64,000 nucleotides of DNA from a virus. Lineage: Duplodnaviria > Caudoviricetes. The DNA lies in the IMG/VR virus record IMGVR_UViG_3300009095_000010, positions 60,338 to 124,337 of that record; one strand, given 5' to 3'. Under the pieces are notes generated by a model. It saw nothing but the letters and a program-made list of their open reading frames with translations, ran no database searches and had not been told where the DNA came from. Numbering within the stretch: the stretch's first letter is position 1; every line of letters begins with the position of its first letter. Positions 10,624 to 20,290 of this stretch are shown in pieces. Made by a program: the position numbers and the translations under genes.

Positions 10624-10854
10624 GTTAATTTCTTCTCGCTGTGATTCTACGGCTTTTCTTAGAGCTTCCTGAGTTTGTTTTATAAATTCCTCGCTAAGCT
10701 CAGTGGTTTTTTTAACCGCTTCATCTTCCGTGATGATTCCCTTTTCTAGCAAGAGTGTTTCAAGTGTGGTGATGCGAAGAGCCAGTGTTGCAATAACCTG
10801 GCTTTGATTTGATATAATCTCCTCAAATGGATCCTTTTTCTTACCTTCACTCAT
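10621..10854 (-). CDS. Hypothetical protein
   Basis: 77-aa ORF, AAGGAG upstream. Confidence 0.75.
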   Translation of the reverse strand: MSEGKKKDPFEEIISNQSQVIATLALRITTLETLLLEKGIITEDEAVKKTTELSEEFIKQTQEALRKAVESQREEIN

Positions 10855-10944
10855 ACCTTCGCTCCTTTCGTTCTAGAACCGAGATAATGCCTATATCGAT
10901 GTTGATTGTTTTTCTGCTATGATATTGCATACATCCAAGCGTAC

Positions 10945-11379
10945 TCATCGAACAGCGACATCTGGCAACAGCACACCTTTTAGATGGTCCAGTTCATGTT
11001 GAGCTATGACTGCTAAAAAATCAGTCAGTATGAATCTATATGGCCAAACCAAGTTGTTCTCTACAAGTATCTCTTGGTATCGAAGTGTTCTCTCAAACCT
11101 ATCGGGGTAGCTCAAACATCCCTCGCCCTCAAATTCAAATTGATTGTAAGACTTTGTAATGGAAGCATTGACCAAATCAATTTTGATAGACTTATCTGGT
11201 CGAATAATACACATCTGCTTCCCAATACCAATTTGAGGGCAAGCCAAACCAACACCAGGCCTTCCCTGGCTTGCAGACCACTCCAAGGCTCGTTCAAGCT
11301 TGGCTCTTAGGTCATCTACCTCTTCTGGTAAGACAGGCTCACAGGTGATTCTCAGAGCCTCTTCATCCGTGATAATCAC
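10945..11379 (-). CDS. def: Peptide deformylase
   Basis: GVGLACPQIG, EGCLS, QHELDH motifs. Confidence 0.95.
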   Translation of the reverse strand: MIITDEEALRITCEPVLPEEVDDLRAKLERALEWSASQGRPGVGLACPQIGIGKQMCIIRPDKSIKIDLVNASITKSYNQFEFEGEGCLSYPDRFERTLRYQEILVENNLVWPYRFILTDFLAVIAQHELDHLKGVLLPDVAVR

Positions 11380-11947
11380 TAGCTACTTCCACTTTCTGCT
11401 CTGACTTAATCAATATAGCTGTCATGTTTCTACCACTCATAGCAGGTTCAGTATCAACTCTCGCCGATATCATACTTGCAAACTTACCAATTTGTTCAGC
11501 TCCAATGTTTTTATGAGCCATCTCTCTACCCCTAAACATAATGGTAACCTTAAGTCTATTACCTTCATCTACAAACTCTTGTAGTTGACGTGCTTTGGTT
11601 TTCAAATCATTCTCATCTGTTCCGGGCCTGAACTTAACTTCTTTTATCTTTACAGCATTTTCACGCTGTTTCTTTTTAGCAACCTTCTCCCGCTTTTCTT
11701 GTTCGTATTTGTACTTTCCTAAATCAAGAATTTTACAAGTACTAGGCTTATCCCCTCTACCTTGAGAAATCAAAACCAGATCAAGACTCACCGCTCTAGC
11801 CATATCAAGAGCGTCCTTGGTATCTACCAATCCAATATTGTTATTTTCATGATCTATTACATATACTTTAGGCTCTTTAATAAACCTTCCATAAACATAT
11901 TTATAATGATCTTTATTTATTGGCCTTCTTCGCTGTGGGTATCTCAA
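11363..11947 (-). CDS. infC: Translation initiation factor IF-3
   Basis: LDLVLIS...CKILDLGKYKYEQ...KEVKFRP...KVTIMFRGRE. Confidence 0.95.
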   Translation of the reverse strand: MRYPQRRRPINKDHYKYVYGRFIKEPKVYVIDHENNNIGLVDTKDALDMARAVSLDLVLISQGRGDKPSTCKILDLGKYKYEQEKREKVAKKKQRENAVKIKEVKFRPGTDENDLKTKARQLQEFVDEGNRLKVTIMFRGREMAHKNIGAEQIGKFASMISARVDTEPAMSGRNMTAILIKSEQKVEVASDYHG

Positions 11948-11960
11948 AGTAATTAATCTC

Positions 11961-12281
11961 CTAACAAATGTTTAAAACAAATCCGTTGATACGTCTCGGA
12001 ATAATACGCATCTCTGTGATCAAAAAAGGCCAGCGTCTATCTAGTTCATCTAGAGTTCTTTGCAGACCAGTAGTAACTTTCATATTTCCAATGAACAAAG
12101 AACCTTCATCAAAAGATTCTTCTTTAAGAGTTGACTGAATCTCACCGAGCGTTCTTATAGCTATCGCCAACGCTTCTTGGCGGCTTTCAATATCATCAAA
12201 GAATTCATCCGTTACTGAGAAGATTCCATCATCTTCTTTGACAAAATACTTTTTAGATTTCGATGACTGTTGTCGCTTCAT
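11961..12281 (-). CDS. Hypothetical protein
   Basis: 106-aa ORF. Confidence 0.65.
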   Translation of the reverse strand: MKRQQSSKSKKYFVKEDDGIFSVTDEFFDDIESRQEALAIAIRTLGEIQSTLKEESFDEGSLFIGNMKVTTGLQRTLDELDRRWPFLITEMRIIPRRINGFVLNIC

Positions 12282-12411
12282 AATTTAGATCTATTTCTAC
12301 GATACCTTTTGGCTCGTCTTTATCTTTCTTTTTGAAAGACTCATAGAAAATCGAATAGTCCTCAGCATACAGATACTCTTGAACAAATTCTTTTTTGCGA
12401 TTGTCAGACAT
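12253..12411 (-). CDS. Small hypothetical protein (52 aa, below track cut-off)
   Basis: AAGGAGG SD then MSDNRKKEFVQEYLYAEDYSIF...TVIEI*. Confidence 0.65.
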   Translation of the reverse strand: MSDNRKKEFVQEYLYAEDYSIFYESFKKKDKDEPKGIVEIDLNYEATTVIEI

Positions 12412-12425
12412 ACAACCTCCTTAAA

Positions 12426-12749
12426 TCAATTCAGGATTATGCCTTCATGCAACTGTTCGTGCAAATCTATATCAATACTATAAAGTCTTTTCTCTAGTGC
12501 CTTTAAAATTTTCTGCTCTTGCCGGGAAATAAAGCTGCAATCTATATTCAAAAAACCCATAAATTGTGATACAGATATAACTTTACTGTTATTTATCCTA
12601 GATAAGGCAAGATCAATCTCATAAGCCCAAGCTTCTGGTATGTGTTGGAACTTTATATGAGGAAACCTATTCTGCAATAAATTCATATCATCATAGATGA
12701 AATCATGTCTATTATTAAAAATCTCACTAAATTGGATAAAGGAAATCAT
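12426..12749 (-). CDS. Hypothetical protein
   Basis: 107-aa ORF. Confidence 0.65.
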   Translation of the reverse strand: MISFIQFSEIFNNRHDFIYDDMNLLQNRFPHIKFQHIPEAWAYEIDLALSRINNSKVISVSQFMGFLNIDCSFISRQEQKILKALEKRLYSIDIDLHEQLHEGIILN

Positions 12750-12766
12750 GCATCGAGACCTAATCG

Positions 12767-13414
12767 TTAGGCCACTCTCGACCTGTAAGTGGGCTCGATT
12801 ATACGTTTGGAGTTTATACTCTTTATCATCTGAATCTTAGATTCAAACGGAACAAGTAACTTTAACCTCAATGCCTTTGGAGGCTCCCTCATAGAAGAGG
12901 CTGGCCAAAGCCCGCCATATGGCTTCATCCAATTAGGAATATCATCTGGAGAAATGTTTGCAGACCATTTTACATCACTGTTCATTCCTCCGTGTTGACC
13001 AACAGAGTTGGCACGAATGACTCTTTTAGGAACCAACCAGCACATCAAGTCACCGTCTGGTAAGTATCCTAAAAGGAAAGCATATGAATATTGTTGGTCT
13101 CTAATCTGTTGAAATTTGAAGTGATGATCTCCATTAGGAGTATACCACAATTTAGATGTCTTAACCTCAATAAGAGTGTCAAGAACATCCATATCACTTT
13201 CAGAGTTCTTTGTATGTTTGACCAAACTACGGAGCCTAGGAAGCTCTCTCTTCAACATTTGGTCATAGATCTGAATGGATAAATTCTCTCCAAACTTCCC
13301 TCTTCGACGGGAGCTTTCCTTTAGAACAGGCTCCCAGACTGAGCCGGCATAAAGATCTAATTGCGGAGATAAACTATCAAAAGCATTTTTGATAAGCGGT
13401 TTTATTGCTGACAT
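12767..13414 (-). CDS. Putative type II restriction endonuclease (PD-(D/E)XK)
   Basis: GKFGE...SDMD...IEVKTS...FQQIRDQ.Y; directly downstream of a DNA methyltransferase. Confidence 0.6.
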   Translation of the reverse strand: MSAIKPLIKNAFDSLSPQLDLYAGSVWEPVLKESSRRRGKFGENLSIQIYDQMLKRELPRLRSLVKHTKNSESDMDVLDTLIEVKTSKLWYTPNGDHHFKFQQIRDQQYSYAFLLGYLPDGDLMCWLVPKRVIRANSVGQHGGMNSDVKWSANISPDDIPNWMKPYGGLWPASSMREPPKALRLKLLVPFESKIQMIKSINSKRIIEPTYRSRVA

Positions 13415-13476
13415 TCAAAATCTTTCTGCCGTATGGCTTCAGATCAGAACGCTGCGCTCGATAACACTCTCGACGT

Positions 13477-15294
13477 TTAGGTTTTAAACACTGCCGAAAA
13501 TGTCTCAAACCTTTTCTTCATAACCTCAATAGCCTGGGGATTCTCATCAACCAAAAGACAATGACGATTGTGTAGGTATGCAGCGTGCCCAAACGATCCA
13601 GAACCGGCAAAAAAATCAAGCGTAAAATCACCTGGAGAAGAATGAATCTTTACAATTCTTTCAAGGATACCCAAAGGTTTCTGTGTGGGATATCCAGTCT
13701 TTTCTTTTCCGTTTGTTGGAACAATGGTATGCCACCAACAATTACCACACACCACTGGATATCCATTACGTCTAACAACTAATGTATGATATGGCTCAAC
13801 TGTAGCACAATAAACATATCCATCGTACTTTGTATGTGATAAATGACGATCTCTCCAAATACTGCTTTCATTAGCAACTCTCCTATACACAGTATATTTT
13901 GGATAGTTTGAATGGATAATACGATTATTGTAAACCCTATCAGGGGATGGTTCAGTAATTGTTATCGAGCTATTATACCCAAGCTTAAATAGTAATTCTT
14001 GAACCTGATCAGCCAATATTGGTGAGGTTGTAAAATACGAAATTTGATCTTGATTATTTTCAAGACCAGCAACTATAGAACCATCCCCACCAACAAGACC
14101 ATCATATAAAGCCTGCAAATAGGGTCGATCTAATTCAAGAAATTCTTTTGGTATGTATTTTTCGTGAGAAAATCCAAGTTGAGAAAGGTATAACGCTAAT
14201 ATTTTACCAGAAATAACATAACTATTATTATTATAATGCCACTTAAACCCCAAACGATTTAAGAGAAGTTCTATTCTTAATTTTTGATTCGGTTTTGTTT
14301 GAGATATGTTTGTCTCATATCTCATTTCACTACGTCTTTTTTGTTTGTTTCTCTGAACATTTCGTATTGTTACACTGCCCTCAGAAATATACCATCCAAG
14401 AAATTCACACCAATCAATCATATTAAGATTGTTGAACTTCTTTGTTTTTTTAGAAGAATCTTTTGGTAAGTTATATGTATTCTGAACTTTGCCAACCCAA
14501 CAAGTTTTATTTAATAATGTAAAATATTGCGAAGAATCAAGATCACAAGCATGTACAAAATCATATTTGTCTGCATGTTTCTTTTTTACGTACATATTAT
14601 GGTTTGGAGTTACCAACAAATCTACTGTTTTAGATTTTATCTTTATCATATCACCATTATGATATCTTGTGTGTAAGGCTGTTGGTTTTGTGTAAATCAG
14701 ATTATTTTCAGGTGAAACAGAAGCAAGATCATCATCTAACGTAACTGTAGAAAACCTTTTCCAACCTTGGCTGGTTAAAACATCAGTATCATCTGAATAA
14801 CAATCTGTCGGCGTCTTCCCTCTTTCAGCCTTTTCTTTTCCAACCAATCCAGGTGCCATGTAAGGAATTCTTTCCATTTCATCAAAATTGAATGTATAGT
14901 TTTTATTATTCTTTACGTACCATAAAATATTATCATGTTTAGATGACCACTTGGATTTAGATCTTCCGCCATAATCATAAGCCCAGATAATTTCATTCAT
15001 GAAGTTATCTCTTCCGAATATTTTATCTGTCCAAACTTTTACGTAATGAGCTTCATGCCAATCAAGGTGAATAAACAAACTCCCAGAATCAGAAAGCAGT
15101 CGATATGCCTCCTGAATTCTGGGAACAATAAACTCTTCAAAGTTGTTACCAAAAGAATCTTTATATTCTTTTTCGCCACGGGCTTGTTTCTTGCCCGTAT
15201 TGAAAGGCGGATCTATATAAATTAATTTGAAATAACCATCAGGTAGTGATGGTAGAGAGGTATTGTTATTGGCATGAACTATCTCTAAGACCAT
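13477..15294 (-). CDS. N4/N6 DNA methyltransferase (beta class) containing an intein
   Basis: YIDPPFN, NEIIW.Y, YPTQKP, LDFFAGSG. Confidence 0.92.
   Translation of the reverse strand: MVLEIVHANNNTSLPSLPDGYFKLIYIDPPFNTGKKQARGEKEYKDSFGNNFEEFIVPRIQEAYRLLSDSGSLFIHLDWHEAHYVKVWTDKIFGRDNFMNEIIWAYDYGGRSKSKWSSKHDNILWYVKNNKNYTFNFDEMERIPYMAPGLVGKEKAERGKTPTDCYSDDTDVLTSQGWKRFSTVTLDDDLASVSPENNLIYTKPTALHTRYHNGDMIKIKSKTVDLLVTPNHNMYVKKKHADKYDFVHACDLDSSQYFTLLNKTCWVGKVQNTYNLPKDSSKKTKKFNNLNMIDWCEFLGWYISEGSVTIRNVQRNKQKRRSEMRYETNISQTKPNQKLRIELLLNRLGFKWHYNNNSYVISGKILALYLSQLGFSHEKYIPKEFLELDRPYLQALYDGLVGGDGSIVAGLENNQDQISYFTTSPILADQVQELLFKLGYNSSITITEPSPDRVYNNRIIHSNYPKYTVYRRVANESSIWRDRHLSHTKYDGYVYCATVEPYHTLVVRRNGYPVVCGNCWWHTIVPTNGKEKTGYPTQKPLGILERIVKIHSSPGDFTLDFFAGSGSFGHAAYLHNRHCLLVDENPQAIEVMKKRFETFSAVFKT
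13741..14802 (-). mobile_element. Intein (354 aa) with LAGLIDADG endonuclease
   Basis: PTD|CYSDDTDVLTSQGWK ... VTPNHNM ... LGWYISEGS ... LVGGDGS ... VYCATV...VVCGN|CWW; splicing restores PTDCWW. Confidence 0.92.
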
Positions 15295-15306
15295 GCCATA
15301 TCTATA

Positions 15307-15537
15307 TCAACTCAACTTAACACTTTCTAACCAACCTTGTGATGGTGTAAAAGTTACGGTCTTACCGCATTTTATACAGGTTGCTTCTCCCAGTGGCAAT
15401 CTCATTGGGTTACCCATAAGATCCACATGGGTGCCCATTTCTAAATGGACCGAGCCCCAAAAATGCTCCTTTGGTAACAAAGCAACAGCATCATTGATGA
15501 GTGCTGCATCCAATGGTTTGTTTGGTTTCAAATCCAT
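15307..15537 (-). CDS. Small hypothetical protein (CxxC)
   Basis: 76-aa ORF. Confidence 0.6.
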   Translation of the reverse strand: MDLKPNKPLDAALINDAVALLPKEHFWGSVHLEMGTHVDLMGNPMRLPLGEATCIKCGKTVTFTPSQGWLESVKLS

Positions 15538-15541
15538 TTAT

Positions 15542-16003
15542 TTACTTTCCGGTGCTTCCAAAACCACCAACCCCGCGCTCAGATGAACCAAGCTCTTGTA
15601 CCTCTACCATCTCTGCACGAGAAACGGGAGTAATGATTAACTGAGCAATCCGATCACCCTTCTTGATTTCAAACGGTTTGCCACCAAGATTAATTAATAT
15701 TACTCCGACATCTCCACGATAATCTGAGTCCACCGTTCCTGGGGAGTTCAGGACAGTAATTCCATGTTTGATGGCAAGTCCAGACCTGGGCCTAACCTGT
15801 GCTTCGTATCCTTGTGGAAGTTCAATTGCAATTCCTGACTTGATAAGTTTATAATTGTTTCTAATAGGAAGTCCTAATAAGCTACTAGCGCAAGAAATGA
15901 CAGCGTCTTCGTCTGCGAAAAGATCCATACCAGCAGCTTCTGCTGATTTGTATTCTGGAACAATTGCAGTCTCTGTTAGCTTCTTGAATTTTACTTGTAC
16001 CAT
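15542..16003 (-). CDS. dut: dUTPase
   Basis: AAGMDL, RPRSGLA, GTVDSDYRG, RIAQL, RGVGGFGSTG. Confidence 0.97.
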   Translation of the reverse strand: MVQVKFKKLTETAIVPEYKSAEAAGMDLFADEDAVISCASSLLGLPIRNNYKLIKSGIAIELPQGYEAQVRPRSGLAIKHGITVLNSPGTVDSDYRGDVGVILINLGGKPFEIKKGDRIAQLIITPVSRAEMVEVQELGSSERGVGGFGSTGK

Positions 16004-16021
16004 TTTCTTTCATCTTTCTTT

Positions 16022-16195
16022 TTAGTCAAGAAGATTTTGTTCTAGCTCTCGCCAGGCGTCTATGCTCTTGACTGATATGAAAGCCCTTACTTGAAAAAGC
16101 ATCTGCTCTCGACCTATCACTCCTCTATCAGCTAATGTTTCAACAAGTTTTATAGCTCTGTTTGCACGCTCTTCATTAGACATTATCCTGCTCAT
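16022..16195 (-). CDS. Small hypothetical protein
   Basis: ORF track, start near MSRIMSNEE. Confidence 0.55.
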   Translation of the reverse strand: MSRIMSNEERANRAIKLVETLADRGVIGREQMLFQVRAFISVKSIDAWRELEQNLLD

Positions 16196-16580
16196 CGCTA
16201 TCTCCATATCTAGTTTTAAGATCTTCTAATATGAACTTAACTACATCATCTCTTTCTGCTTGCTGAAGCATTCGCTTAGATGCTGAGGTAACAACAGCCT
16301 CACCATTAGCAACCTTAATGAAAGCCTCTGCTATTACTTTATACTCTTCAAACTGCTCTTCAGTATTCTTTCCTTTTCCATACTTCTCATGAAAATCTTC
16401 ATGGTGGAAAGTGCAAAGAGCCACGCCATTCTCAACATCATATCTTTGGTCTGGATAGTCAGCCCAAGCATTTAGGTGATGAGAGTGTAACGCAACCCCG
16501 CGCCTTCCGCAAATTGTACAAGTGTAATGATCTCTTCGCTTTACTTCTTGTGCCCAGCGTATGTAGCCATAATCATCCAT
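16176..16580 (-). CDS. HNH endonuclease
   Basis: CTICG...HSHH...NGVALCTFHH; probable start MDDYGY at 16580. Confidence 0.85.
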   Translation of the reverse strand: MDDYGYIRWAQEVKRRDHYTCTICGRRGVALHSHHLNAWADYPDQRYDVENGVALCTFHHEDFHEKYGKGKNTEEQFEEYKVIAEAFIKVANGEAVVTSASKRMLQQAERDDVVKFILEDLKTRYGDSDEQDNV

Positions 16581-16584
16581 CCGG

Positions 16585-17496
16585 TTATAGATTGCCAAAT
16601 TCACTCTCCCAAATTGAAATAACATTGTAACCAGCAGATTTTAATATTTCTTGTTTGTTTATTGTTTTTTGATATAAAAACCCATATGTTTTACCAATAA
16701 CAGGATTTATGTCTTTTGGATTATATATTTTTAAATTTCCATGCCAAAAATCACCATTAAACTCATATACTGTTTTTGTTATATTGTCAAAACCATCTAC
16801 TATAAATCTTCTTCCGTTTATATGTAATGTTACTTGTCTATCCTTTAAAGGGATTCCCAATGAATTCAACCATTGTATTTCAGATTTGGATACAGACGAA
16901 ACACTACATTTTGGACATGATTGACCATTCAAATGATTTGTTGGTGTTTGTTCAAACTCACCATGTTGTTTACAAATTATTTTTACTTTAGTATGAGAAT
17001 TTAAATAAACAACTAAACTATAATCATACAGGTTATTATGAATTATATTTGCCCTATTTATAAACTCTTCTTTAGTTAAACATAATGTTTTTGTTCTCTT
17101 AGCAACTCCACACGCTACACAACCCTTACTATTTAAATGACCGTTTGGTGTTTGTTCAAACACTCCATGTACATTACAAATTATCTTTATTTTTGAATGT
17201 GCTGTTGTATATTCAACAAAATTATAATTATATTTGTTACCATGAATATTTTCGGCTTTATTAATAAATGATACTTTATTTAATCTACGATTACATCCAC
17301 GAAATTTACCTGCACAAAACTTACAGCCATGTCCAGATAAATGATGATCTGGTCTTTGTTTAAAGATTCCGTGTATTGGACAAGTTATAACAATATGCTT
17401 CTTATATGATTTATATATAGTTAAAGAATAATTATATTTATAAGAGTGTTTATCGTTTGCTTTAGCAATAAATTCTTGTGGAGTAAGTTTTGCCAT
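16585..17496 (-). CDS. Homing-endonuclease-like protein: three DUF723-type Zn repeats plus a Vsr/PD-(D/E)XK nuclease
   Basis: Repeated HG.KY.Y..V.Y...H.K..IIC..HG.FEQTP..HL..CxxC; C-terminal VDGF...YEFNGDFWHG; AT-rich. Confidence 0.85.
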   Translation of the reverse strand: MAKLTPQEFIAKANDKHSYKYNYSLTIYKSYKKHIVITCPIHGIFKQRPDHHLSGHGCKFCAGKFRGCNRRLNKVSFINKAENIHGNKYNYNFVEYTTAHSKIKIICNVHGVFEQTPNGHLNSKGCVACGVAKRTKTLCLTKEEFINRANIIHNNLYDYSLVVYLNSHTKVKIICKQHGEFEQTPTNHLNGQSCPKCSVSSVSKSEIQWLNSLGIPLKDRQVTLHINGRRFIVDGFDNITKTVYEFNGDFWHGNLKIYNPKDINPVIGKTYGFLYQKTINKQEILKSAGYNVISIWESEFGNL

Positions 17497-17497
17497 T

Positions 17498-17752
17498 TTA
17501 TTTCTCAAGAAGGTTTTTAATTTGAAGGAGTCGTCTTTCTGGATTACCAGAAGTTGCTTTCGCAATGAATGCAATCTCTTCCAAAATATCAGCAGCGCTC
17601 TTGAGAGAACCCTCTACGGTTCTGCTATGGCATTTGTCACAAATAGATATAGCTCCCAGAGAAAAAAGATGCACAACCTTGAGACCATCGTGATATTCTT
17701 CACCACAGGCCTGACAATTGACAAATGTTTCAAAGCTTTTGATACCGGACAT
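17498..17752 (-). CDS. Small zinc-finger protein
   Basis: CQAC...CDKC. Confidence 0.65.
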   Translation of the reverse strand: MSGIKSFETFVNCQACGEEYHDGLKVVHLFSLGAISICDKCHSRTVEGSLKSAADILEEIAFIAKATSGNPERRLLQIKNLLEK

Positions 17753-17788
17753 GTTACACCATCATGACAAAGGAATATGCAAATATTC

Positions 17789-18687
17789 CTATATCACTAA
17801 AGGAATGGCTGGTATCCCTACCTCACTAAGCATTTCTTGAGAAAGCTTAAAATCATCTGTCCACCTAGGATTATCAGAACTAAGGTAAAAAACTTTAGTT
17901 ATTTGAGATTGTATTATTGCTTTTGTACAAGATGTACATGGATACAAAGTCACATATAAATCCGAATTTTTCGTCTTAACTCCGATTCTAGCTGCGTTTA
18001 AAATAGCGTTTTCTTCAGCATGACAAACCCAACTGTATTTCAAAGGACGCTGATGACGTTCTTCTACATCATCGTTCACCCCTCTGGGAAAACCATTATA
18101 ACCAGTTGAAAGTATTACTTTATCACGAACAATAACAGCGCCTACTTTTGTAGATCGATCTTTAGATCTACTAGCAGTAAGGCTCGCAAGATGCATAAAA
18201 TATTCATCCCATGATCTTTTTGAGTTAGCTATTAAATATTGTGCCGCAAATGTAGCTTTATCATTAAGTAAACCAATTGCTTGATTACATCTATGACAAA
18301 GCAAACCGCGCACCTTACCAGAAACATGATCATGATCTACACAAAAGCTGTGATCTTCAGGAAATTGTTTCTTTTTACATATTGCACAAACATTTCCTTG
18401 GTTAGTCAACATTGTATTAAAATCATTTAATGTAATACCATACTTTGATTCTAATGTATATAATCTCCTTCTTGCTTTTTCCTTCTCTGTCAAATTGTAT
18501 CCCGGATGATTTTTGAAAAAATTCTCTTTATTTTTTCAATCCTACACTTCTTACAAATAGTTTCTGTTCCAGGAGTTTTTTTAAGAGTATATAAATTACC
18601 ACAAACAGAGCACGTACAGGTAATAGACTTATGATTACCTGTACGCACTCTTGGCTGTTTGTCTTTAGAGCCTTTAGGTCGACTCAT
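17789..18687 (-). CDS. Endonuclease VII-type HNH fused to dCMP deaminase (5' part split by a frameshift near 18533)
   Basis: KYGITL...CAIC...VDHDH.SGKVRGLLCHRCN then SWDEYFM...VGAVIV...TGYNG...HAEENA...PCTSC. Confidence 0.85.
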
Positions 18688-19232
18688 GAGGCTGCCCTCT
18701 GATCGTGCTCATGAGCGTGCTCCCTTGCCCTTCTCTCAACATTTGGGAAGTATACTTCCCAATCATCATGAACTGTTTGCATAACAGCATACTCCAAACC
18801 CAAAGAATCTGGTGGGGCTTTAGCAGGACGCAAAAGCTTTAGACCAGCCTCCTCAGGAGTTCTATCTGCTTTTGCAGCATTCACCTTTAGAGATGCAGTA
18901 ACACAATTCTCCCATGTAGACTTGCCACCCCTAGACTTGGGAATGACATGATCAACTGTAAGCTGTGTTGGCGGAAGGATTATACCCGTGTATTGACAGG
19001 TGTAAAAATCCCTACGAAACACACCTCTGAAATTGAACCTCGGAAGCAATGGCTTTTTACGAACGTAGTGATTAAGAACAATTATAGATGGGTAATCCAA
19101 GTCTCCATGAAAAGATTCACCCTTCCATGTAGAAACAACCGTTGCCTTCTCTTTCACAACAAGTCGTGCCATTCTTCTGTGTCCAATAAAAGAAATAGGC
19201 TTATATTGTTTATCAAGTAGTAAAGTTCTCAT
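18684..19232 (-). CDS. HNH endonuclease
   Basis: FRRDFYTCQY, LTVDHVIPKSRGG...WENCVTA...N..K. Confidence 0.9.
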   Translation of the reverse strand: MRTLLLDKQYKPISFIGHRRMARLVVKEKATVVSTWKGESFHGDLDYPSIIVLNHYVRKKPLLPRFNFRGVFRRDFYTCQYTGIILPPTQLTVDHVIPKSRGGKSTWENCVTASLKVNAAKADRTPEEAGLKLLRPAKAPPDSLGLEYAVMQTVHDDWEVYFPNVERRAREHAHEHDQRAAS

Positions 19233-19770
19233 GACTTAAATATGGTAATTTGTTTAATCTTTTTTTCAAAAAATTTACTACAATTTCTAGTTCTTGTATT
19301 GTTGAAGATCTTTTGATTCGATTACACCTCCAACAGATAAACCTTACGTTATCTTTGGTGTAACCTTTTTCTGAATCTAAACGATCCGCTGATGGAATTC
19401 TATCATTTTTATTATTTACAAAACCTGATTCATATTCAAATTTTTTATTACAAATCGGACAATACTTATCTAATATTTCTTTTTTTATATTATCAACAGT
19501 AAAATATTCAGAATCAAAATCATCTTTTCTTTTTTGCATCAAATGTCTTATTGATTCTGCCCTCCATTTAACTATATCTTTTTTAGCCCGTTCAGAATAA
19601 TATCTTTTTTCTTTTTCAGAATCATATTTATTCCTTCTAGATTTGTTTGCTATAGGTTTATATTTATCAGCATATTCTTTTTTACACTGAATACACCTAT
19701 ACCTTTCTCCAGACTTAATAGAAGAATCTTTTACTTTTATTTTTTCAATATCATGAATTTTGCATTTCAT
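19213..19770 (-). CDS. HNH-like homing endonuclease
   Basis: CPIC...SADRLDSEKGYTKDNVRFICWRCN; AT-rich. Confidence 0.8.
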   Translation of the reverse strand: MKCKIHDIEKIKVKDSSIKSGERYRCIQCKKEYADKYKPIANKSRRNKYDSEKEKRYYSERAKKDIVKWRAESIRHLMQKRKDDFDSEYFTVDNIKKEILDKYCPICNKKFEYESGFVNNKNDRIPSADRLDSEKGYTKDNVRFICWRCNRIKRSSTIQELEIVVNFLKKRLNKLPYLSHENFTT

Positions 19771-20290
19771 TTTTCATCCACAATAATATTGCATTTAATT
19801 CTTCTAGACTTGCATTTGATTTTATTACATTACACTTCCAACACAATAAAGCAATGTTAGATATAACATATCCATTCTCTGGAATTAACCTATCTATTGA
19901 TGGAGATAAATTATAAACACTATCTTTATATGATAGATCCAGTTTAACATTACAACATTCACATTTTTTATTTTTTTGTATAATAAAATTATACAAAAAA
20001 TCAGTTGTAATATCTTTATTTATTTCTTTAGATCTTTTTAGTATTCCTTTTCTAAGGATTCTAGCAGTTTTTAGTATCAACTTATCTCTAAGATCTTTTT
20101 TATTTTCAACCTGTGGTGGTTTATAATAATAGCTAGTATTTTTTCCTGTTCTTTTCTTCCACTCTGCTTTTTGCTTATTTGTACATACCTTACAAACATG
20201 AGTTAAATAACCAACACAATTTTTACTGGATGTAAAATTTTCTTTATTTAATAGGTATATCTTTCCACACTTTGTACATTTTCTGGTCAT
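19751..20290 (-). CDS. HNH-like homing endonuclease
   Basis: CECC...SIDRLIPENGYVISNIALLCWKCN; AT-rich. Confidence 0.8.
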   Translation of the reverse strand: MTRKCTKCGKIYLLNKENFTSSKNCVGYLTHVCKVCTNKQKAEWKKRTGKNTSYYYKPPQVENKKDLRDKLILKTARILRKGILKRSKEINKDITTDFLYNFIIQKNKKCECCNVKLDLSYKDSVYNLSPSIDRLIPENGYVISNIALLCWKCNVIKSNASLEELNAILLWMKNEMQNS

